From assembly GCA_013265495.1 (NCBI GenBank), contig MU058139.1, positions 186,001 through 250,000 of the forward strand: a stretch of DNA of 64,000 bases, written 5' to 3'. Shown here one piece after another: positions 1 through 10,877 of this stretch (position 1 is its first letter; each line of letters starts with the position of its first letter). The notes beneath the pieces were generated by a model. It was not told the DNA's origin. It saw only the letters and a program-made list of their open reading frames with translations, and did not search any database. This DNA comes from Vicugna vicugna (taxonomy: Eukaryota). The translations under genes and the position numbers were made by a program.

Positions 1-743
1 ATAGCTGCGATGCCTTTCAGTTACATTTATACCTTAAAAGAAATCAACAAACCAACAAAAAAAAACAATGAAACGCTTTATGATTTTTATTTTAGAGCTG
101 TCAAGGATTTTGTTCTTAATATACATCAGCATGCCCCGAGGAGAATTCACAGGAAAAACTCCTTTTAAGTCCCAGTACCAGGAAAAAGAGCAGTAAACAG
201 TCTTTTCACCAGTCCTCTTTCTCCATTTACTTTGGCTTCAGGCTGGAGACGCAGCGACTTTCTGTCATGTGTGTATCCGTCTCTGTTTTCTGTGCATGTA
301 ACTTTCCCGTGACTGCATCTTGCTCTTCTCTACTCGTTATCCCTTTAATCTGATTCATTTTTCTAGCTACATATTTCCTATTTTTATTTTCATATTTCAT
401 TTTCTAGCTACATATTTATTACATATAGTTCATGAACTGCCTCAGTTCTCTTTGGAATGAAGGTGGGCATAAATGCATTTAAAAAGTAACTTGTAGATGA
501 GGGTGTTAGATTGGAGGTTAGGTCACACGTTTCTACAGCTATTTGCTGAGGCACTGTGTGGCTGTCCCACAAGCACGTGTCAGACTGAAGGTCTTGTTAA
601 AGGCGTAAACCTGTATACGGTGAACAGAGTGGATAAATGATGACGATGTGTGTGTGTAATTTTAGCCAATTATATCTCATGCCGGGGAGCGGGAGGAATG
701 GCCATCCCTGTGACCTGTCCCTTCTCGTCTGTGCTTTCTGCAG

Positions 744-931
744 CGGATCTGCATTGTGGAGGGAACTACACAGACCCAGAGGGTCTCCTCTCTGCTGACT
801 TGTCTGGACCTTTCATGCACAACAGACAGTGCATCTACACCATAAAGCAGCCCCCGGGAGAAAAAATACAGGTCAACTTCACCCACGTGGAGCTGGAAAG
901 CCAGAGCGGCTGTTCTCTGAGTTACATCGAG
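744..931 (+). CDS. CUBN: CUBN exon (human exon 17 equivalent), CUB3 first half
   Basis: tttctgcag|CG GAT CTG CAT TGT...TAC ATC GAG|gtaact; 188 nt; [13 protein letters not shown]...SGCSLSYIE. Confidence 0.95.
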
Positions 932-1000
932 GTAACTTCTGCTACTTAGTGACCCTCAGCTGATGTTTATCAACATTGTTTTTTTTAATATTCTATAGAG

Positions 1001-1198
1001 CAGAGGTCTTCAAATGGTTGTTGGGTCAGCAGCATCCAGACGACCTGGTGGTCTGGATGTCAGTGATGGAATTCTGTGCCCTATCCCAGACCCACTGAGT
1101 CAGAGCCTCCAGAGGGTAGGCTGAGCAAGCTGCATGGTAAGAGACCCCGCCCCACCCCGAGGATGATTCTGATGCAGGCCAGAGTCTGAGAACAACTG
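1001..1198. mobile_element. MER5A-like hAT-Charlie non-autonomous DNA transposon
   Basis: About 200 bp, CAG...CTG ends (cagaggtcttcaaa / ctgagaacaactg), internal cccagacccactgagtcaga and gattctgatgca motifs typical of MER5A. Confidence 0.7.
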
Positions 1199-2119
1199 TT
1201 CTGGAGAATGTGAAAGAATTCGCCAAAAATAGACCTGTAGATGGTGAAACAGGAGACTGGCAGTAAAGAGCAAAGGACAAAAATGGAAGCTGAGACAGAA
1301 ACTCATATCATGCTAAGTTAATTTCAGGCTATTCCGCTGAGCCCTGATAGCCAAGAAGATGCAAATAAGCAAGACTTACAGGATTTGCTAATAGAATACA
1401 GATTTCAGAGCTTGGTCAGGACAATTTTATATGTAGGGGAGATCAACTAAAGACATGAAAGCAGCCACGTAGGTGAGCTTAGCGAGTCAGTGGTAGAGAG
1501 TTAAGTCAAAGCATTAAGTAACTCTCGTTTCAGAGTTTAGGGTTTTTAACCTTCATCAGCTCTGCTTGCTCTCCAGAAAACTTTTAACTTGAATTTAAAT
1601 GTGTGGGTTGATTGTAATAAGAATATCTGACACAAAAAGGCAGTTTTTGTTTGCCTAGCCTGGTATTTCATTTGCTTAACTCTTGGTCAAGCCACAAATT
1701 AAAAGAGAAACAAGACACTTTTTGTTGGCTGCAATCATTTTCTATAAACTCAGGGAGGCACTGACAATTTTGTTTGTTCATGTGAGTTAAACCAATTCAT
1801 TTTTTCCAGGAAAAACCTATGTATCCTCTTGCCCTCTTCCCCCCTTCACATGTAGGGAGAGGAAGCACAGAATTTTAGCATTAGATCTGGACTTAGCTCA
1901 GTGATAACAAGTACATTGACCATGGTACCACAATATTTTTTTAATTCAGAGATTTTAAACTCAGATGGTAACGTAAATGTGTATACTCATTCAGTTTAAG
2001 TTGTCTCAAGTCCCTCATAAAGTACATTAAAGTCTTTCATTAAGAAGCAATTTGGGATATTTTTATATAAACAAAAATTAAATTTCCAGCATCTGTTTTT
2101 TTTTTTTTTTTACTTTGTG

Positions 2120-2410
2120 AATAGTAAAAATAGCTCACACTTAGGCAGTACTTACTATCAGCCAGGTGCTATTCTAAGACTTTAAAATATGGTAATAAAT
2201 TAAGTAGATAATGGTTACTGTCTTCCTACTGCCTGTTGGAGATGCTGTGTGCTTTACCTGAGTTAATTCATTGAACCTTCATAGCAACTGTTATTACTCC
2301 TACTTTGCTATTAGGAAACTGAAGCCCAGAGAAGTTGTTACGCATCCATGGTTGCATGTCTCAAGAGTGGTGGAGCTAGGAATTGAATTTAGTAGTCTCT
2401 GATGTACTGT
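2120..2410 (-). mobile_element. MIR SINE fragments
   Basis: acttactat..gccaggtgctattctaag and core-like aggaaactgaagcccagagaagtt...ggagctaggaattgaa. Confidence 0.65.
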
Positions 2411-2862
2411 TCTCTGACAAGACCAGAAATGCAGTAGGGTAACCATGATTACAAGTGTTGGCTCCCTTTCCCTAGGGAGGAAGCTCATGAATTTCCCAAT
2501 TCTGTACCTAGCAACTTGGTCACAGGACTATAACATGGAACCAGGCAGAACACTTTTCTCACATAGGCAAAAATATAGCTCTCATTTTGTGGGAAATATG
2601 AGTAACCTTTTATCAGATTCTTTGTGATGGTTCTAATGGCTCTAGGGATTGACCCAAACATCTGGAATCATTTATCCTCTTTGGCTTTGCAGTACACTCT
2701 AATTGAATTTCAATAAGGGGTTATATGAACTCTGAATTGCTCTGAAAAGTTGTCAGAAAAGAAAAACATAAAACAGGCTCTGAAAGATTTAACTTTGTAA
2801 GACGGTGAAAGAATGTTTTAGCCAGGATGGGGTTGGAATGAATTCATCAAAGTTCTCATTTT

Positions 2863-5800
2863 ATTTTATTTTATTTTTTTAATTTTGGGGGGCATTTTAA
2901 AAATTAAAATATAGTTGACGTACAGTATTAGGTTAGTTTCAGGTATGCTGCATAATGATTTGACATTTACATACATTATGAAATGATTACCAAAAGAAGT
3001 CTATCAACCATCCGTCTCCATACAAAGTTATTAAGGTTATTACAGTATTATTGACCGTATTCCTTATACTGTATGTTACATCCCCGTGGCTTATTTATTA
3101 CATAACTGGAGGTTTGTACCTCTTAATTTTCTTCACCTATTTTGCCCACATCACCCCCAGCCCTCTCCATTCTGGCAACCACCCATTTGTTCTCCGTATT
3201 TATGTCTTGTTTGTTGTTTTGTTTTGTTCTTTAGATTCCACATTTAAGTGAGATCATGTAGTATTTGTCTTTCTTTGTCTGATTTATTTCACTTAGCGTA
3301 ATACCTTCTACTTCTATCTCTGTTGTCACAAATGGCAGTATTCCTTTTTTTTTTTAATGATGGAGTAACATTCCAATGTGTGTGTGTGTGTGTGTGCCAC
3401 ATTTTCTTTATCCATTCATCCATCAATGAACACTTAGGTTGCTTACATATCTTGGCCATTGTAAATAATTCTCAATGAACATTGGTGTCTGTCTTTCCAA
3501 AGTAGTGTTTTTATTTTCTTTGGATAAATACCCAGAAGTGGATGGATGGATCATATGGTATTCCTATTTTTAATTTTTTGAGGAACCTCTATACTGTTTT
3601 CTATAGTGACTGCACCTATTTACAATCCCACCAACAAATACATAAAGGTTCCCTTTTCTCTACATCCTTGCCAACACTTTTTATTTGTGGTCATTTTGTT
3701 GATAGGTATTTTGAAAAGTATGAGGTGGTATCTCAATGTGGCTTTGATTTGCATTTCCCTGATGATTAGTGACATTCAACATCTTTTCATGTGTCTGTTG
3801 GCCATCTGCATGGCTTCTTTGGAAAAAATGTCTATTCAGGTCCTCTGCCCATTTTGCAATTGAGTTGTTTGTTTGTTTGATGTTGAAGTTATACCTGTTC
3901 CTTGTATATTTTGGATATTAACCCCTTATCAGATATATTGTTTGCAGTTATCTTCTCCCATTAAGTAGGCTGTTTTTGATTTTGTTCATAGTTTCCTTTG
4001 CTGGGCAAAAGCTTTCTAGTTTGATACAGTCCCATTTGTTTATTTTTGCTTTTGTTTCCTTTGCCTGAGGAGACAGATCAAAAAAAAAAATATATATATA
4101 TATATATTCCTAAGACTGATGTCAAGGAGCATACTACCTATATTTTCTTCTAGAAATTTTATGATTTCAGTTCTTACACTTAGTCTTCAAGTCATTTTGA
4201 TTTTATTTTTGTGTATGATGTGAGAAAGTAGGCTAGTTTGATTCTTTTGCACATAGCTGTCCAGTTTTCCCAACACTACTTGTTGAAGGGGCTGTCCTTT
4301 CCTCATTGTATATTCTTACCTCCTTTGTCATAGGTTAATTGACCATAGAGGTGTGGATTTATTTTTGGGTTCTCTATTCAGGTCCATTGAGCTATATGTC
4401 TGTTTTTGTGCCAGTGCCATACTGTTTTGATTACTGTAGCTTTGTAGTATAATTTGAAATCAAGGAGTATGGCACTTCCAGCTTTGTTCTTTTTTCTCTA
4501 GAGTGTTTTGTCTATTTATGGTCATTTGTTTTCATACAAAATTTGGAATTATTTGTTCTAGTTCTGTGAAAAATGCCATTGGTATTTTTATAGGGGTTGT
4601 ACTGAATCTGTAGATTGCCTTGGGTAGTGTGGTTATCTTAACAATATTTATTCTTCCAATTCATGAGCACAGTGTTTCTTTCTATTTGTTTTTGTTGTCT
4701 TCCATTTCTTTCATCCATGTCTTATAGTTTTTGGAGTATAAGTCTTTTATCTCTTTGGTTAGATTTATTCCCAGGTATTTTACTTTTTGGATGTAATTGT
4801 AAGTGGGACTGTTTTCTTTATTTCTTTTTCTGATAGTGTATCATTAGTGTATAGAAATGCAACCAGTTTCTATATATTAATTTTGTATCCTGCAGCTTCA
4901 CTGAATTCAATTATTAGTTCTAGAGTTTTTTGGTGGCACCTTTAGAATTTTCTGTATATGGTATCATGTCATCTGAAAAGAGTGACAGTTTTTACTACTT
5001 CCATCCCAATTTGGATTCCTCTTATTCCTTTTTCTTGTCTGATTGCTGTGGCTAGGACTTCCAGTACTAGGTAGTATAAAATTGATGAGTGTGAGGATCC
5101 TTGTCTCATTCCTGACCTTCAAGGAGATGCTTTCAGCTTTTTTACTGTTGTTTTTCTTAAGTGTGTTAATGTGCTATATCACATCAATTACTTTGTAGAC
5201 ATTGAGCCATCCTTGCATAGCTGGGATAAATCCCACTTTATCATGGTTTTGATCCCTTTAATGTATTTTTGAATTCAGTTTGCTAATTATTTTCTTGAGG
5301 AGATCTATTTTTTTAGTACTAATTTCATTTATACTTGCTCTGATCTTTATGATTTCTTTTCTTCTGCTAACTTGGGATTTGCTTATTTTTCTCTTTTAAG
5401 TTCCCTTAGGTGTAAGTTTAGATTGTTTATTAGGGATTTGTCTTATTTCCTGAGGTAGGCTTGTATTGCTATAAACTTCCCTCTTAGAACTGCTTTTGCT
5501 CTTTGTCATCAATTTTGGATTGCTGTGTTTCCATTTTCATTTGTCTCCAGGTATTTTTTTTTATTTCTTCTTGATTTCTTTAGTGACCCATTTGTTGTTT
5601 AGTAGCATATTTTTTAGCCTCCACGTGTTTGTATTTTTTGCAGTATGTTTTTTTTCATTGATTTCTAGTCTCATACTGTTGTGATCAGAAAAGATGCTTA
5701 ATAGGATTTCAATCTTAAATTTATTGAGGCTTATGGCCTAGCATGTGATCTATCTTGGAGAATGCTCCATGTGCACTCAAAAAAAATGCACATTATGCTG

Positions 5801-5972
5801 GTTGTGGATGGAATGTTTTATATATATACAATCCATTTGATCCAATGTGTCATTTAAAGCCATTGTTTTTTTATTGGTCTTCTATCTAGATGATCTGTCC
5901 ATTGATGTAAATGGGTGTTAAAGTCCCCTACTATTATTGTTATTATCAATTTCTCCCTTTATGTTTGTTAGT
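2863..5972 (-). mobile_element. LINE-1, 3' UTR and deleted, degenerate ORF2 (3' part of a composite element spanning about 2863-10877)
   Basis: T-rich tail at 2860-2880 followed by typical antisense L1 3' UTR and ORF2 sequence (tccattcatccatcaatgaacacttaggttg; ttttcccaacactacttgttgaag; gggataaatcccact). Confidence 0.9.
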
Positions 5973-6080
5973 ACTGTGAATGGACTAAATGCTCCAATCA
6001 ATAGATATAGAGTGGCTGAATGGGTGAAAAATAAGATACGTATACAAGAGACTCTCTTTGGATCTAAATACCCACACAGA

Positions 6081-7780
6081 TTTAATGCAATCCCTATCAA
6101 ATTACCCAGGGCATATTTCACAGAACTAGAACAAATCATAATAAAGTTTATATGAAACCATCAAAGACCTAGAATTGCCAAAGCATTACTGAAGAGAAAG
6201 AGAGAGGCTGGAGAAATAACTCTCCCAGACTTCAGACAATACTATAGAGCTACAGTCATCAAGACAGCATGGTATTGGTACAAAAACTGGCATATAGACC
6301 AATGGAACAGAATAGAGAGCCCAGAAATGAACCCACAAACTTTTGGTCAACTAATCTTCAACAAAGGAGGCAAGACTATACAATGGAATAAAGACAGTCT
6401 CTTCAGCAAATGGTGTTGGGAAGACTGGACAGCAGCATGTAAAACAATGAAGCTAGAACACTCCCTTACACCATACACAAAAATAAACTCAAAATGGATC
6501 AAAGACTTAAACATGACAAGATACAATAAACCTCCTAGAAGAAGATACAGGCAAAACATTATCTGACATACATCTCAAAAATGTTCTCTTAGAGCAGTCT
6601 ACTCAAGCAATAGAAATAAAAGCAAGAATAAACAAATGGGACCTAATGAAACTTACAAGCTTCTACACAGCAAAGGAAACCACAAGAAAAACAAAATGAC
6701 AACCTACGGAATGGGAAAAATTTTTGCAAATGAAACCGACAAAGGCTTGATATCCAGAATATATAAACAGCTCATATGACTTAATAAGAAAAAAATAGAC
6801 AACCCACTAAAAGAATAAACAAATGGGACCTAATGAAACTTACAAGCTTCTACACAGCAAAGGAAACCACAAGAAAAACAAAATGACAACCTACGGAATG
6901 GGAAAAATTTTTGCAAATGAAACCGACAAAGGCTTGATATCCAGAATATATAAACAGCTCATATGACTTAATAAGAAAAAAATAGACAACCCAATGCAAA
7001 AATGGGCAGAAGAGCTAAACAAGCAATTCTCCAAGAAGAAATACAAATGATCAATAGGCACATGAAAAAATGCTCAATATCACTAATTATCAGAGAAATG
7101 CAAATCAAAACTCCAATGAGGTATCACCTCACACCAGTCAGAATGGCCATCATTCAAAAATCCACAAATGACAAATGCTGGAGAAGCTGTGGAGAAAAGG
7201 GAACCCTCCTTCACTGCTGGTGGGAATGCAGGTGGGTGCAGCCACTATGGAAAACAGTATGGAGATTCCTCAAAAGACTAGGAATAGACTCACCATATGA
7301 CCCAGGAATCCTGCTCCTGGGCATATATCCAGAAGGAACCCTACTTCAAAGTGACACCAGCACCCCAATGTTCATAGCAGCATTATTTACAATAGCCAAG
7401 ACATGGAAACAGACTAGATGTCCATCAACAGATGACTGGATAAAGAAGAAGTGGTATATTTATACAATGGAATACTACTCAGCCATAAAAACCGACAACA
7501 TAATGCCATTTGCAGCAACGTGGCTGCTCCTGGAAAAAGTCATTCTAAGTGAAGTAAGCCAGAAAGAAAAAGAAAAATACCATATGAGATCGCTCATATG
7601 TGGAATCTAAAAGCAAAACAAAACAAAAAACAAACAAAGCATAAATACAAAACAGAAATAGACTCACAGGCATAGAATACAAACTTACGGTTGTCAATTG
7701 GACACAACATTGTAAAATGATTATAAGTCAATAAAGAATGTTAAAATAAATAAATAAGTTAAATAAATAAATAAATAAAT
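6081..7780 (+). mobile_element. Young 5'-truncated LINE-1 (ORF2 C-terminus, 3' UTR, (AAAT)n tail) with 15-bp target-site duplication
   Basis: ORF 7002-7610 is the L1 ORF2 cysteine-rich C-terminus (MRYHLTPVRMAII...[18 protein letters not shown]); AATAAA 7730-7735; TSD aaatacccacacaga 6066-6080 / aaaggcccacacaga 7781-7795. Confidence 0.92.
6624..6993 (+). repeat. Direct tandem duplication, 2 x 183 bp with 4-bp spacer, inside the young L1
   Basis: 6624-6806 equals 6811-6993 by eye; spacer ctaa. Confidence 0.92.
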
Positions 7781-8210
7781 AAAGGCCCACACAGACTGAA
7801 AGTGAGGGAATAGAAAAAGTTACCCCATGTAAATGGAAACAAAAAGAAAGCTTGGGTGGTAATACATATATAAGACAAAATAGACTTTAAAACAAAGACT
7901 GTGACAAGAGTCAAAGAAGGGCACTACGTAATGATAAAGCGATCAATGCAACAAGAAGATGTAACAATTGTAAATATATATGCACCTAACATAGGTGCAC
8001 CTAAACACATAAAGCAAATACTAACAAACGTAAAGGGGGCAACTGACAGTAACAATAATAGTAGGGGACTTTACCATCCATTTATGTCAATGGACAGATC
8101 ATCTAGACAGAAGACCAATAAGAAAACAATGGCCTTAAATGATACAATTAGACAAAATGGATTTTATATATATATAACATTCCATCCAAAACCAGTATAG
8201 TACACATAAT

Positions 8211-10877
8211 GCACATCTGTTTCCTTTCCCTGGTTAGGGGAGTTTTCAGATATCATTTCTTTAAATAAGTTTTCTGCCTCTCTCTCTCCTCCTTCTGGGA
8301 CCCCTATAATGTGATGTTATATACACTTGATGAAGTCTCTGAGTATCTTCATTATCTTTTAAAATTTTTTTCAAGTTTTATTGAGAAATAATTGAAGCAC
8401 TACTGATAAGTTTAAGGTGTACAACGTGATGGTTCAATTTACTTATATTGTGAAATGACTACCACAGTAGGTTTAGTTGACATCTATCATCGTATATAGG
8501 CACAATAAAAAGAAAACGGAAAAAGAATCCTCCTGTGATGAGAGCTCTTAGAATCTGTTCTCTTAATAACTTTCCTATGTATCATACAGCAGTGCTAACT
8601 GTAGTTACCATGTTGTAGTGAAGTTGATTTTTGTTGGGAATCCAGATTGGAGAATCAAGATAGGGGAGAAAGAGCAGTTACCACGAGCTAACAATTGCTG
8701 TCTCTGCTTCTAAGACCCTTGATCCGTATTTTATTTTCTCTCTATGTCAGGCTTCACCTGCTGTATTGCCTGGAATGTGATTTGGTTAAACAGTTTCAGT
8801 GTGACCTCTAACCCCCAAGGATCTGTCTGTTTTGAGTCTCCATTCTGCTTATTATGCCAAACAAATGTGCTGCTCTAAAGTTCTATCCATTAAGTTCCTG
8901 AGTGTTTCTGAATGGTGTGGCAAAAATATTTCTGCTCAGCTTTTGTTTGAGTTCATGATACCCATTCTTACAGTTGCTTAGAAGTTTTATTTATCTCTTA
9001 AATGTTTATAGATTTCTGCCACTGTACAAATTTTGTGCACATAGCATATTGCCTTCTTTTCCTCATCCACCTCCCCCAGAACTCTTTCTCCTATAATTAA
9101 TGAAGTTGCCATTTCTGATTTTGCTTTTTGCACTTTGTCACCATTTGCTACCTCCCTACAGCCTTGATTTTCTCCTTACGGTTTGATTTCACCTGCTCTC
9201 TTTACTGGCACCAAGACTATCTCAGCCCTAAATCCATACCCTTTTCTTTTTGATCTCTTTGTAGCATGTGAAAGTGATAGTCGTTACTTACTATTTTGAC
9301 ATTGCTTTTGTTTTTTGTTTTTGTGCACAGAAACAGGGCTTTTTAAAGGCAAGTAATATATAAAAAAGTAGTAATAGTAATATAATAAGAATGGTGACAT
9401 GTAAAAGGTATTTGTTCTTTAGGGGTCATGTATGGTTTCTCCATTAACTTTCTTTTATCTCTTTGTCTTCATCCTTACAAATTCTTTTCTTCTGTTCAGC
9501 TTGGGTGATTTCCACTACTCTGTCTTCCAGTTTGCTGATCCATTCATCTGTATCATCTAATCTACCTTTGATTCCTTCTAGTATATTTTTAAATCTCAGT
9601 TATTGTATTCTTCAGCTCTCTTTGCTTCTTCTCTTTATTTTCTATTTGTTAACCTTGTGACTGTGTTCACTCTTTTCCCAGTTTCATTAAGCATCTTTAA
9701 GATTATTACCTTGAATTCTTTATTGGATAGGTTACTTATGTCCACCACATTTAGTTCTATTTTTGAGAATTTTTCTTGTTCCTTTGTTTGGGACATGTTC
9801 CTCTGTCTTCTTGTTTTGCCTTGTTCTCTCTGTTTGTTTTGATGTACTAGATAGGGAGATTATATTTCCCAATCTTAGAGAAGCAACCTTATGTAGGAGG
9901 TATTCTCTGGGGCCTGGCTGCATAATCCTCTCTGGTCACCAGAGCTGTATGCTCTAGAGGTGTCCCCTGTGTGGGCTGAGTGGGCCCTTCTGTTGTGACA
10001 GAGCCAACTACTGTGGACACACTGGTAGGTGGGGTGGGCCCCTCCTCCAGTTGGCTGTTAGGCCTGCCTTGTGTGGTCCTACCAACCCACACTGGTGGGT
10101 GGGTCCAAGCCCCAGTGTGGCTGACCACAGGGCCTGGGGCATCCTGGGGCTGGTACTGGCCTGCTGGTGGGTGTGGCCAGGTCCCAGGGTGGCTTGCTGC
10201 AGGGTTGGGGGGACCACTGCTGGTGCCAGCCCACTGGTGGGCAAATAAGCCCCTGACACTGACAGACAGGAGGGAGGACTCGAAATGGTACTTGGCAGCA
10301 CAAATGTCCTTGCAATAGAATGAGCTCCCCAAAATGGCTGCTGCCAACATCTGTGTCCCCACAGGGAGTCCCAGTTGCCTTCTGACAGTCTGGGAGTCTC
10401 TCCAAGATCAGCACGTAAGTCTGACTCATGGCCCTGCAGCATGACTCAAAGTGTGTGAGATGTTGCCTGCTCTGTTTCCTATAACCCTCTGTCTCTCATG
10501 CACACAAACCCTGCTGGCCTTCAAAACCAGCCGTTCTGGGGGCTTACCTTCCCAGAGCAGGATGCCCAGGGCTGGGGAGTTTAATGTGGAGCTCAGATCC
10601 CTCACTCACTGGGACAACCTCTGCAGTTGTGATTAACCTCCCATTTGTGGGTCACCTACCTGGGGATATGGGTCTTGACTATCCTGCATGTCTGCCACTA
10701 CTGTCTGTCCATTAGGGTTCCTTCTTTATATCTTTAGTTATGGAAAATCTTTTCTGCGAGTCTTCAGATCATTCTCATGGATAGGTACCCTGTAAATAGT
10801 TGTACATTTGTTGCACATGTGGGAGGAACTGAGCTCTGGGTCTTTCTACTCCGCCACCTCCACTCAACACTATGCCT
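8211..10877 (-). mobile_element. LINE-1 ORF1 remnant and GC-rich 5' UTR, interrupted at about 8360-9462
   Basis: Antisense ORF1-type sequence (cttctgggacccctataatg...; ttgggtgatttccactactctgtcttccag), GC-rich 5' UTR about 9890-10860 ending in tctttctactccgccacctcc; candidate TSD aagttctcatttt 2850-2862 / aagttcctatttt 10878-10890. Confidence 0.8.
8363..8617 (-). mobile_element. Short L1 3'-end fragment
   Basis: ttttattgagaaataattga...aagtttaaggtgtacaacgtgatg...tgtgaaatgactaccaca...gtagttaccatgttgta. Confidence 0.8.

Larger units (their letters stand above)
5973..8210 (+). mobile_element. Inverted L1 ORF2 endonuclease segment (5973-6080 and 7781-8210), split by a younger L1
   Basis: Translations VNGLNAPINRYRVAEWVK...IQET and KEGHYVMIKRSMQQEDVTIVNIYAPNIGAPKHIKQIL are consecutive parts of the L1 APE endonuclease. 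Confidence 0.85.

Noticed and set aside
7002..7610. 202-aa ORF as a host gene or active retrotransposon
   Set aside because: It is the L1 ORF2 C-terminus in a 5'-truncated copy with upstream stops and no RT or promoter.
9889..10636. Cluster of overlapping 100-157 aa ORFs on both strands
   Set aside because: They lie in the GC-rich L1 5' UTR where stops are rare, and show no recognisable protein features.
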